Origin: a virus
IMG/VR virus record: IMGVR_UViG_3300046692_000069
Coordinates: 6,358-70,357 of that record
Length of the DNA: 64,000 nt
Reading direction: 5' to 3' (one strand)
The notes beneath the pieces were generated by a model. That model saw only the letters and a program-made list of their open reading frames with translations, was not told where the DNA came from and did not search any database. The position numbers and the translations under genes are program-made. Of this stretch, positions 55,608 to 63,723 are shown one piece after another. The first letter of the stretch is position 1; each line of letters opens with the position of its first letter.

Positions 55608-56438
55608 ATGACCAATAAAAATGAATTCACCAATATCCGCTATGCCAAGGGGCCGACAATACTCATGTCTAGTGGCGTATATTTCGACTACCTCTATCCA
55701 GAGGAAACGCCAATCACCATTGACGACTATGTCAACGGCCTTTTGTCTGAGGGGCGATATCGTGGGCAGACGATCAACAAAGTGACAGGCTATGGCGTTC
55801 GCTACACGGTTCTTCAGCATGCCTATTTGGCTGCGGTAGAGGCGAAACAGCACGCTAAAGAGCTTGGACTTAGCAAGGACGCCGCCGATGACCTTGCGTT
55901 TGAAGCGCTCATGCATGAGTCAGGTGAAGTAGTTTGCGGCGACATGACCAGTCCGCTAAAGTCATTACTGCCCGAATACAAGGTTATCGAGAAGCGATGC
56001 GAAAAAGCCATTGGCGATAGCTTTGGCGTGAAGGGGAATTATCACGACATCGTCAAGGAAATCGATAATCGCCTTTGGATGACGGAACGCCGCGACATGC
56101 TTAATTGGTCTGGTGAGGAATGGAGTGGCGATCATGGGTTGCGGGCGTATAAAAGAACTATTTACCCTATTGCTGATGGGATGGTAAAGTCTATATGGCT
56201 GGCTACATGGCGCATTCTTGATGGTCCCGGACGCATGCGCCGCGCTCGCAATAAGGGGGTGGTTGTTGAAAATGGGTTTGGGTATCCCATATTTGGCAAT
56301 GAATTGCTCGCGGATGGTTATGTTAATGTGTATTCCGGAGAAAATGGTCATTTCCCCGGAGCCGTGAATAATGTCCCGTTGGACAGGAGCGGAGCAAAAT
56401 ACCGCATCCGGATCAAACTAAAGGATAATGCACAATGA
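55608..56438 (+). CDS. HD-domain 5'-deoxynucleotidase-like protein (YfbR/YfdR family)
   Basis: RY.GQ..Y.V.QH..ALMHES.E..GDM.SP.K..VK..D..TERR; HD appears as HE. Confidence 0.75.
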   Translation: MTNKNEFTNIRYAKGPTILMSSGVYFDYLYPEETPITIDDYVNGLLSEGRYRGQTINKVTGYGVRYTVLQHAYLAAVEAKQHAKELGLSKDAADDLAFEALMHESGEVVCGDMTSPLKSLLPEYKVIEKRCEKAIGDSFGVKGNYHDIVKEIDNRLWMTERRDMLNWSGEEWSGDHGLRAYKRTIYPIADGMVKSIWLATWRILDGPGRMRRARNKGVVVENGFGYPIFGNELLADGYVNVYSGENGHFPGAVNNVPLDRSGAKYRIRIKLKDNAQ

Positions 56439-56851
56439 CCGTGAACGATATCGATGCCGGGAAGTGCGGTGATCCAAAGAGCCTTCGACGTCGCATTGCT
56501 GAGGTTATAGCGCCGGGTTCATTCGGCTCCTCCCCTGTAGATTACGGTTGGCAAGATGACGAGGATGGGTGGTTTCGCTTTAGCAATACAGACACATTCT
56601 TGATTCGAGTCGCGGCGCTTAATCAGGCCGATCGGGTTATTAAGTCCTTCCCGCAGATTGTTATCGAGAAAAATCATCCATATGAGGATGTGATTGCTGC
56701 GATCATGTTTACTACTGAGCACGCGGCCTATCGCGATGATGGCGTGTGGTTTCTGCATCTGTGGACTCATGGGGATTGGGATAAGATCGACATCGAATTC
56801 CCGGCGTGGCGTTGGTTCTTGAAGGGTAGCGGGGTTAATGTAGATGGATAA
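56435..56851 (+). CDS. hypothetical protein
   Basis: ATGA-coupled ORF. Confidence 0.65.
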   Translation: MTVNDIDAGKCGDPKSLRRRIAEVIAPGSFGSSPVDYGWQDDEDGWFRFSNTDTFLIRVAALNQADRVIKSFPQIVIEKNHPYEDVIAAIMFTTEHAAYRDDGVWFLHLWTHGDWDKIDIEFPAWRWFLKGSGVNVDG

Positions 56852-57038
56852 TGACAATCGCACGCAATCATATGAAAGCTGCGAGGCAGCTATAGCTTTC
56901 CTAAGTAGCGGCTATATATGCCTGCACGATGGCTCCGTGTGCACATTCCTTGATTGGTTTCATGGTGGGTATTGGGATTATATGGACCGTGACTTTCCTA
57001 TGTATGGCAAGTATGCAGAGGCCATTGCGGATAGTTAA
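56844..57038 (+). CDS. hypothetical protein, paralog of the upstream C-terminal domain
   Basis: Shared YE..AAI.F...FL..W/F.HG.WD..D..FP. Confidence 0.6.
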   Translation: MDNDNRTQSYESCEAAIAFLSSGYICLHDGSVCTFLDWFHGGYWDYMDRDFPMYGKYAEAIADS

Positions 57039-57385
57039 TGTCGAGACGCGATGAAATACGCGACAAGATACTAGCCAGATGCACAGTCGACCCAGTTACG
57101 GGTTGCTGGCTATGGCAAGGCCCAACGTCTGGCAAGACCGGTCGTGGCGCTGGATATGGACGAATGAGCCTCGACGGCGCCACAGTTGCAACACATAAGG
57201 CCATGTGGACAAACGAACATGGCCTTATTCCTCCGCGCAAGGAGCTGGATCACGTATGCCGCAATCGTCTTTGTTGCAACCCAGACAATGATAAGCATGT
57301 CGAGATGGTTACGCGCCTTGAGAATGCTAGGCGAAGGGATGCGGCGGCACTTGAGGATAAGGTCTGCATAAGTGAAACATTTTAG
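57038..57385 (+). CDS. HNH endonuclease
   Basis: GCWLWQG..GYG..TH..LDHVCRNRLCCNP..H.E.VT..EN. Confidence 0.85.
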   Translation: MSRRDEIRDKILARCTVDPVTGCWLWQGPTSGKTGRGAGYGRMSLDGATVATHKAMWTNEHGLIPPRKELDHVCRNRLCCNPDNDKHVEMVTRLENARRRDAAALEDKVCISETF

Positions 57386-57390
57386 CGTTG

Positions 57391-57621
57391 ATGGCGCGGA
57401 AAGAGGCTGCTGTGGGTGAAGAAAATCAACAAATGGAAATAAACCGCCTTCGCGTGGCTCTCGCTCGCATCGAAAAATGGTTTGGCGAATTCCCTGAAAC
57501 GGGTGATTTTTGGGATGACGATAAATCGCGGCCGATGTCATATGCCGCTTGCTACGGAAGCAACGGCGAGCGTGATTATATGCGGGCGGTTGCCCGTCAA
57601 GCACTGGAGGATTATCCATGA
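57391..57621 (+). CDS. hypothetical protein
   Basis: YGSNGERDYMR motif. Confidence 0.65.
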   Translation: MARKEAAVGEENQQMEINRLRVALARIEKWFGEFPETGDFWDDDKSRPMSYAACYGSNGERDYMRAVARQALEDYP

Positions 57622-57947
57622 GCCTATTAGGAATGAGACTTTACCGCACCCCGTATCTTGTTATGCCGCGCCTAGCCCTAGAAGCTATGCCGGAAGAATG
57701 GCAGCTTAGATTCGTGGCCATGCTTGATGAAATGGAAGATACGGGCATGCGAACGCCGGAATATCACGTCTTGCGCGATGAGCCAGAGTACACAACAACG
57801 CAGCCCAACGACTCGGAAGATCCGACGTCATGGCCGCGAGAATTCTATATCCAGCGCCTAGACCCGTGGGCGAACTATCGTCACGGCGATGCGCGTGAGC
57901 TATGCCCGGAATTCAAAGGAGATAAAAATGCTGGCGAAGTGGACTAA
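57618..57947 (+). CDS. hypothetical protein
   Basis: YLVMPR..LEAMPEEWQ.RF..DPWANYRHG. Confidence 0.7.
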   Translation: MSLLGMRLYRTPYLVMPRLALEAMPEEWQLRFVAMLDEMEDTGMRTPEYHVLRDEPEYTTTQPNDSEDPTSWPREFYIQRLDPWANYRHGDARELCPEFKGDKNAGEVD

Positions 57948-58065
57948 GGTTCTACCGTTCTTCGTTATCGAATGGATAGCAAAGCGAAAGTGTGAAAGTC
58001 ATACGTCATCGGGTGTGCGCTGGGCTGTAGCATATCCGGGCGTATGGTTTGTGGTGAAGTCATGA
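57928..58065 (+). CDS. 45-aa hypothetical protein (not in ORF track)
   Basis: AAAGGAGA RBS; ATGA overlap with the next gene. Confidence 0.55.
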   Translation: MLAKWTKVLPFFVIEWIAKRKCESHTSSGVRWAVAYPGVWFVVKS

Positions 58066-58433
58066 GCGTCTACGTCGACAACATGCAGGCGTCATTTGGG
58101 CGTATGAAGATGAGCCATTTGTGGGCCGACTCCCTAGAGGAGCTTTGGGATATGGTCGACAAGATCGGCGTAGATCGCAAGTGGATTCAAGGGCATCCCG
58201 AACACTCTTTGCCGAAGTATCGTAAGGCATCGTGGGTGCATTTCGATATCGCCAAGGGCAAGCGCGAGATAGCCATCAAGGCGGGCGCAATCAAGACCGA
58301 CAAATACGGTCCCATCGAGCATACCGCCCTCCTGGCCATCGCGAGCGGAAACCCTGATAGGGCATCATATGGTGAACAGAAATTAACGGCTATCGCGAAG
58401 TGCCGTGCTTTGGGGTTTGGGGGCGACGTATGA
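58062..58433 (+). CDS. DUF4031 family protein
   Basis: MSVYVD..MSHL.AD..EEL..IG..R.W.Q..HFDI..R..AI..GA. Confidence 0.8.
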   Translation: MSVYVDNMQASFGRMKMSHLWADSLEELWDMVDKIGVDRKWIQGHPEHSLPKYRKASWVHFDIAKGKREIAIKAGAIKTDKYGPIEHTALLAIASGNPDRASYGEQKLTAIAKCRALGFGGDV

Positions 58434-58636
58434 AAGTAAGGGTTCTTAGAGACCGTGAGCGCAAAGACCGCTACCGCGTGCTGATTGGGCCGAAAGAAGT
58501 GGGCGAGATTATTGCCGAGCCTCCGCATGGCGCATTCAGTTTCTACGGTAAGCATATCGCTGCTTATGACTTCGATACACTTGCGGATGCAGAGTGCGCC
58601 GTGAATGAGTTAGTAGAGGATGGGAGGATTGGGTAA
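58430..58636 (+). CDS. hypothetical protein
   Basis: ATGA-coupled ORF. Confidence 0.6.
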   Translation: MKVRVLRDRERKDRYRVLIGPKEVGEIIAEPPHGAFSFYGKHIAAYDFDTLADAECAVNELVEDGRIG

Positions 58637-59159
58637 ACGTTCAGATTTCAAGCGCATCAAAAAGGATGCGTATCAGACGATTGACAGGCGGGCAGTTCCG
58701 CCATTAATACCTCACTTGCACGGCATTCGCTCGTATGCGGAACCTTGCGCTGGAGAGGGAAAACTAATAGAAATGATGGATGAGTTTGCGCCACATATCC
58801 AGTGTGGCTTTGCGAACGATATCGACTGGTTTGATGGGGAAGATGCCATTGAAAGCGTCGCTCTAGCGGCGGCGCGGGATCGATATGACGCAATCATCGT
58901 CAATCCGCCATGGACACGCAAACTACTTCATCCGATGATCACTAGCTTTATGAGTTTAGCGCCTACTTATTTGCTTTTTGATGCTGGATGGGCATTCACG
59001 AAGCAGGCGGCTCCGTTCCTCCCGTATTGTACGAAAATCATTACCATTGGCCGCCTGAAGTGGATACCAGACACGACTATGTCAAGCAAAGACGATTGTG
59101 CGTGGTTTGTGTTTAACAAGGATCATGACGGCGGCCCAAGGTTTTATGGAAAGACGTAA
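58620..59159 (+). CDS. small amino-DNA methyltransferase (N6-adenine-type)
   Basis: EPCAGEG (motif I), IIVNPPW (motif IV), GRLKW, CAWFVF. Confidence 0.8.
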   Translation: MGGLGKRSDFKRIKKDAYQTIDRRAVPPLIPHLHGIRSYAEPCAGEGKLIEMMDEFAPHIQCGFANDIDWFDGEDAIESVALAAARDRYDAIIVNPPWTRKLLHPMITSFMSLAPTYLLFDAGWAFTKQAAPFLPYCTKIITIGRLKWIPDTTMSSKDDCAWFVFNKDHDGGPRFYGKT

Positions 59160-59629
59160 TGGGAAATCAGAAGAACAGAGGAAAAGGCAAGGGGATGATG
59201 TTTATTCTTCACGCTCATTCCATGGATACAAATGAGTGCATAAATTGGCCATTCTATCTAATGAAGAATGGATACGGCCAAGTCGGCACAACATTTGGTA
59301 TGATGTTGGCGCACAGATATTCATGCATGCTAGCCCATGGCGATCCGCCACGCGACAAGCCGCAAGCGGCGCATTCTTGCGGCAATAAATCATGCATTAA
59401 TAAAAGACATTTGTCTTGGAGGAACCAAAGCGAAAATGAAGACGATAAGCATGCGCATGGCACTTGGCTTACAAGGATTAGTAGTGCGAAATTAACTAAT
59501 AAGCAAGTGCTGGACATGAGGGCGGATCATGCCAACGGGGCGGAATACAAAGAATTGGTTATTAAGTATGAAACTCCGAAGTCAGCTATTGGCAAGATCA
59601 TAAGGCGCGAAACATGGCGACACATTTAG
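59159..59629 (+). CDS. HNH endonuclease with C-terminal HTH, paralog of 38212-38703
   Basis: ECINWPF..GYG..AHR..AAHSCGN..CIN.RHLSW..EN..DK..HGT. Confidence 0.85.
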   Translation: MGNQKNRGKGKGMMFILHAHSMDTNECINWPFYLMKNGYGQVGTTFGMMLAHRYSCMLAHGDPPRDKPQAAHSCGNKSCINKRHLSWRNQSENEDDKHAHGTWLTRISSAKLTNKQVLDMRADHANGAEYKELVIKYETPKSAIGKIIRRETWRHI

Positions 59630-59640
59630 AAAGGAATAAA

Positions 59641-59892
59641 ATGACCAACGTAATCTCACTAAAAACCAAGAGCTACAGCCGCGACAAGCTGCATACGCGA
59701 CTCGATATCGCAATGGCTAAGCTCGACAAAGAATATGGTTCTGCACGCCTATCTACAGCTGCCGCTCATATCATTGAGGGTTGGGTTTACTCCCTAGACA
59801 GAAGCCTGATGAATCACGAGTCAGAAGCTTCGTTGCCGGCCGAGATAAACATCGCTTGGCGCCGGTATTTCGGGATGGGGGATGCGGCATGA
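59641..59892 (+). CDS. hypothetical protein
   Basis: GAAAGGA RBS. Confidence 0.6.
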   Translation: MTNVISLKTKSYSRDKLHTRLDIAMAKLDKEYGSARLSTAAAHIIEGWVYSLDRSLMNHESEASLPAEINIAWRRYFGMGDAA

Positions 59893-60590
59893 AGTACATG
59901 GGCAGCAAGGCGCGACATGCGAAAGACATTTTGCCGATTATCTTGGCTGGTAGAAAGGCTGGCCAATTTTACGTTGAGCCGTTCGTGGGTGGCGCGAACA
60001 CAATCGACAAGGTGGATGGCAACCGGATTGGTGCGGATATCCACCCGCATCTTATCGCAATGTGGCGCGCGGTTAGTGACGGGTGGATGCCTCCACAGGA
60101 GGTGAGTGAAGACGAGTACAATGAATGCAATAATAGACGTCGCAATGAGCATGGCGACCCAATTCTTGGCTACGTGGGATTTGTCGCGAGCTATGCAGGA
60201 AAATGGTATGGTGGTTTCGCGAGGGATTCTGCCGGCGCCAGAGACTATGCGGCCGAAGGCTTTCGTAGCGCACAAAAGCAGTTTCCAAAGCTTCGCGGAG
60301 TCAGATTTGAGTGCGCCGACTATCGCGAGCTAGACATCCCGCCTAACTCTATCATCTATTGTGATCCACCATACAGAGGAACGACGGGCTATGCATCCGG
60401 CGCGTTCGATCACGATTATTTTTGGCATTGGTGCGGGGATATGCACGCCGCAGGCAATTCTGTATTCGTTAGCGAGTATGAGGCGCCTGAAGGCTGGAAA
60501 TGCGTTTGGTCGAAAGAGGTTAACAACACCTTAGCCAAGGGTACGGGGTCGAAAAAAGGAATCGAGCGCCTATTCACCCTCTACTCCTGA
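59889..60590 (+). CDS. DNA adenine methyltransferase (D12/Dam class)
   Basis: MKYMGSK, YVEPFVGG, IYCDPPY, FDHD.FW, VFVSEY. Confidence 0.9.
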   Translation: MKYMGSKARHAKDILPIILAGRKAGQFYVEPFVGGANTIDKVDGNRIGADIHPHLIAMWRAVSDGWMPPQEVSEDEYNECNNRRRNEHGDPILGYVGFVASYAGKWYGGFARDSAGARDYAAEGFRSAQKQFPKLRGVRFECADYRELDIPPNSIIYCDPPYRGTTGYASGAFDHDYFWHWCGDMHAAGNSVFVSEYEAPEGWKCVWSKEVNNTLAKGTGSKKGIERLFTLYS

Positions 60591-60645
60591 TCCACACTCG
60601 GAAAGATGTGTCAATAGTACGTGTGGTAATTAATGAAAAAAGTTG

Positions 60646-60672
60646 TTGACAACTCTACTATGTCGTATATAG
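60646..60672 (+). promoter_or_regulatory. putative sigma70-type promoter
   Basis: A-tract, TTGACA at 60646, TATATA about 60667. Confidence 0.5.
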
Positions 60673-60688
60673 TCGGCATTGTTAATTC

Positions 60689-61198
60689 ATGAAAACCACG
60701 AAAGGAGTGCTGGTTATGGTGACTGTCAAATATAAAGAGGCCGCGCTGAAGAATCTAGGCATTGATGAAAAAGTTGCGAAGATGATCGAAGATAATCGCC
60801 GCAAGCCCGATGACGACATCAACTCTATCTTGCGCCGTGTTCTTCTCGCGACAAAAAGAAATAAGGCGGCCGCCGCCAAGGCCCGTGCAGAGACGAAGGT
60901 TATTACCTACAAAAGCTGGGAAGGCGACGGCGTTGTCATTCCTCACGGAACTAGGGCGCGGATGGTCTATCAGAACGGCGCGCAGACGCACTATGGCGAG
61001 TTTGTGGACGGACTTCTAGTGGTTGATGGCACTGGCTACGAAACGCTGTCCACGGCCGCCAATGCGGTTGCTGTAACGCGTTCTGGGCGACACACTCGGC
61101 TGAATGGCTGGAGATACTGGGACGTGATGCTGCCGGGGTCTCGGTCGTGGGTCGGTATCGACTCATTGCGAAACGCCGCGCGCAAGATGTTCAAATAA
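60689..61198 (+). CDS. RAMA/DUF4357-like domain protein with N-terminal RHH/SeqA-like segment
   Basis: ID..V...I..R..DD.NSILRRVL; G..YETLSTAANAV...LNGWRYW. Confidence 0.65.
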   Translation: MKTTKGVLVMVTVKYKEAALKNLGIDEKVAKMIEDNRRKPDDDINSILRRVLLATKRNKAAAAKARAETKVITYKSWEGDGVVIPHGTRARMVYQNGAQTHYGEFVDGLLVVDGTGYETLSTAANAVAVTRSGRHTRLNGWRYWDVMLPGSRSWVGIDSLRNAARKMFK

Positions 61199-61204
61199 CC
61201 AAAT

Positions 61205-61229
61205 GGGCGGCGAGTGGCCGCCCTCTTTC
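61205..61229 (+). terminator. Rho-independent terminator
   Basis: GGGCGGC-GAGTG-GCCGCCC-TCTTT. Confidence 0.65.
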
Positions 61230-61243
61230 ATTTGGGGCTTTCA

Positions 61244-61450
61244 ATGATCAGAGTTGAAGAGGTTACGCGACTAGACGACAGGTGGGCTTTGTTACCGCAG
61301 AGCGCGCCGGCCGCTGAGTTTTTGTCGCAGTTTAAGGATAGGCTTGGCATGACGAAGATCCACAATGACTTCGTCTTTACCGCCTCTGGCTGGCAAATGC
61401 CGGGTATCGAGCAGCTTGCCGAAAGGAATGGGATAAAAATTACGTGGTAG
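61244..61450 (+). CDS. hypothetical protein
   Basis: ORF with GGGG RBS-like site. Confidence 0.55.
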   Translation: MIRVEEVTRLDDRWALLPQSAPAAEFLSQFKDRLGMTKIHNDFVFTASGWQMPGIEQLAERNGIKITW

Positions 61451-61495
61451 CGAAAATAGTTCTTGACGCGAGTCGCAACTCCCATTAGGTTTAGA

Positions 61496-61880
61496 TCATC
61501 AGCCGAACGGAGCCAACGCTACCAAGTAGGCGATACATTAACATATAGACCGAACGGCCTATAGCAGAAAGCGAAGGATGGCCATGTAGTATAGCGGTGC
61601 GGTGCGCGCGCCTGCGGGCAACTAAATTAGACAATTTAAAGGGCTGAGCCCATTGTCATCTCGCCCGTAACGGGTAGACTAGGTGAATTTATTATCTAAC
61701 TGTATGCCTTGGAAGCCACAGCAGAGTAGGCCGCAGAGCCGAAAGAGTCTCTGGTTTGCATTGTCACAGCGGAACAATCGCTTGATTGCTCACGATCCAG
61801 CCCCTAAGCATAACTGAACGCATGGAAGGTTAAGCCCACATGCCAGAACAAGCCACGGGCTGCGATCAATGAACAATCGG
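61496..61880 (+). ncRNA. candidate large structured non-coding RNA (about 380 nt)
   Basis: Promoter-like TTGACG at 61463; no ORF of 60 aa or more on +; about 9 short hairpins, including a GAAA-capped stem. Confidence 0.6.
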
Positions 61881-61891
61881 AGGTGCATGAA

Positions 61892-62149
61892 ATGGATAAA
61901 TTTAAGTTTACGAGCCGTGGCCTTGTCCGTGTCGTTGATAGCGACGCGACTCGGGCGGTAGTGCAAGACATTGATCCCAATGACGCGGCCCGTACTGTCG
62001 ACATCACGCCTTCATGGCAAGCCGTCATGCGCATCCTGATTGCCGCCCTTGAAGACGGCACACCAAAGGGCAAGGCGGCGGCGAAAGAAGAGCTTTTCCG
62101 CCTCGCCAAGTTGGTCGATGAATACAACACAAAGGAGTCTTCGCGGTGA
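61892..62149 (+). CDS. hypothetical protein
   Basis: GGAGG RBS; DITPSW..A.EEL.R.AK..D. Confidence 0.7.
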   Translation: MDKFKFTSRGLVRVVDSDATRAVVQDIDPNDAARTVDITPSWQAVMRILIAALEDGTPKGKAAAKEELFRLAKLVDEYNTKESSR

Positions 62150-62379
62150 CGGTAGTAGAACTATCACTAGCGCGAGATAGGCGCGACGGCCCCGACTTGG
62201 AATTTGTATCGACAGACGAATGCGGCCAGAAGATGTTCACATTTGGTGCGGAATACAGTATCGACGGCTCCACGTTTAGCTTTAACTTTTTCGCGTATGA
62301 TTTCAGCGATGCTGAGCGGCGTATTTTGGCGATGAAATCCGGTCTATCTCTCAGTGGCAAGATTTATTGCGAGATGTAG
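62146..62379 (+). CDS. hypothetical protein
   Basis: AAGGAG RBS, GTGA overlap. Confidence 0.65.
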   Translation: MTVVELSLARDRRDGPDLEFVSTDECGQKMFTFGAEYSIDGSTFSFNFFAYDFSDAERRILAMKSGLSLSGKIYCEM

Positions 62380-62446
62380 GTATTACTCCCTTGACGGGAT
62401 ACGGTGTGGCGGCTATAACCAAAACATCAACTAAGGAGATGACGAA

Positions 62447-62533
62447 ATGTTTGTGATCGCTGTACTTGCTCCCGCACTGGTGTTTGTGGCCTATGGTTTC
62501 TATATCGAGCGCAAGGAGCGTGAGAATGCGTAA
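62447..62533 (+). CDS. 28-aa single-TM peptide (not in ORF track)
   Basis: MFVIAVLAPALVFVAYGFYIERKERENA; TTGACG-N17-TATAAC promoter at 62391; AAGGAGA RBS. Confidence 0.6.
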   Translation: MFVIAVLAPALVFVAYGFYIERKERENA

Positions 62534-62759
62534 TATCTTGGATTATGCTGAGCACTATAATGAGCCGCATGTAGTTAACGCCGCTGCGTACAGCAACCCC
62601 ATGCTTCCTGCGCGAGTTGTCTTTAGCTGTGAAAATGTTTCTATACTATATTCCGTTCGCGGTTATAGTGTGACGGTTAATGGCGTTTACGCCATTGAGA
62701 ATGTAACTCCTGAAGCGGCTCGCGCGTTCGTTCAAGAATATTTCAAGGTGCAAGAATGA
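62526..62759 (+). CDS. hypothetical protein
   Basis: AAGGAG RBS. Confidence 0.6.
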   Translation: MRNILDYAEHYNEPHVVNAAAYSNPMLPARVVFSCENVSILYSVRGYSVTVNGVYAIENVTPEAARAFVQEYFKVQE

Positions 62760-62926
62760 CGTTCCACGACGCCCATGGCAGGATCACTCGCGCGCATGCC
62801 GCACGGCGCGCTAGGTTTGCGCTAGCCGGCATTGCCGATGTAAATGAGAATGCTCCCGTAACGAAGAAGGTTCACGTTGCATTGCGCAATAAGGACTATG
62901 CAAGCTGGGTGGATGGCGATGAATGA
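62756..62926 (+). CDS. 56-aa hypothetical protein (not in ORF track)
   Basis: ATGA overlap; fills the gap. Confidence 0.5.
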   Translation: MTFHDAHGRITRAHAARRARFALAGIADVNENAPVTKKVHVALRNKDYASWVDGDE

Positions 62927-63431
62927 TGAAGTAAAGACGGTGGCCGTCATTGATCATAGTAGCCGCGCGGTAATGGCGCAGCAACTTGTGGCGGCCGTGC
63001 TGGGTGGTTACTTACATGAATGGCAACGTAAGGCGCTTGATGACGAGTACGGTGTATTGCGACAAATACAAAAGGATGGTAGCGGCTTTACTGACAAAGT
63101 TTCGTATCCCGTCCACGTGGTCGAGCATGAGTCTGAGTTGGTTAGTAATGACGAATGGATAGGCGAGATAGCCAAGACGGGAACATATGGGGGCGTACGG
63201 GTTGATTACGTCATCGTTGACTCGATGTCTCAGTTATCGGAAGAGTATTGTAGAATGGTAGTTGACGCTGCCGGTGCACGAAAGAAGGCAGTTGTTGCTG
63301 ATAGCTCATGGATTGGCGAGGTATGGATTGATGGCAATCGCAAGAAACGACGCGCCGGCCACTACAATGACAAGCCGGGACACGTATCCAAATATCACGT
63401 TGGAAGGGTAAGTCATGTCGTGGCCACGTGA
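62919..63431 (+). CDS. hypothetical protein
   Basis: Coupled ORF. Confidence 0.6.
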   Translation: MNDEVKTVAVIDHSSRAVMAQQLVAAVLGGYLHEWQRKALDDEYGVLRQIQKDGSGFTDKVSYPVHVVEHESELVSNDEWIGEIAKTGTYGGVRVDYVIVDSMSQLSEEYCRMVVDAAGARKKAVVADSSWIGEVWIDGNRKKRRAGHYNDKPGHVSKYHVGRVSHVVAT

Positions 63432-63723
63432 TGCATATGTTGGGCAGAGGGTTGTTGCCATTCTGCCAACGGAAAGCAAAGCCCTTACTACGGGCGAAGT
63501 TTCCGTTAAGGTTGGTGTCGTCTATACGATATCCGGAATCATCCTAAACGCCACTGGCGATGACATAGGATTCCACCTAAAGGAAATACAAATGCCACCC
63601 GTAATGGTTTTGGGCATGGGTACTGTTATGCGGGCATTCAGCTATCGCCATTTCCGTCCGATTGATGAGACGAAGATAGATGTATTCCGCAAGCTTCTTA
63701 CTCCAGTGAAGGAGGATGCTTGA
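63415..63723 (+). CDS. hypothetical protein
   Basis: VGQRVV..G.VYTI..L.E..F...FRPI phage motif. Confidence 0.7.
   Translation: MSWPRDAYVGQRVVAILPTESKALTTGEVSVKVGVVYTISGIILNATGDDIGFHLKEIQMPPVMVLGMGTVMRAFSYRHFRPIDETKIDVFRKLLTPVKEDA

Noticed and set aside
55608-56438. HD protein as DatZ of a Z-genome pathway
   Set aside because: No purZ or dedicated DNA polymerase in the window, and adenine methyltransferases are present.
61496-61880. tRNA, tmRNA, RNase P, group I intron or hammerhead assignment for the structured region
   Set aside because: No T-loop/CCA cloverleaf, no GAGGAAAGUCC, no CUGAUGA core, and it does not interrupt a gene.
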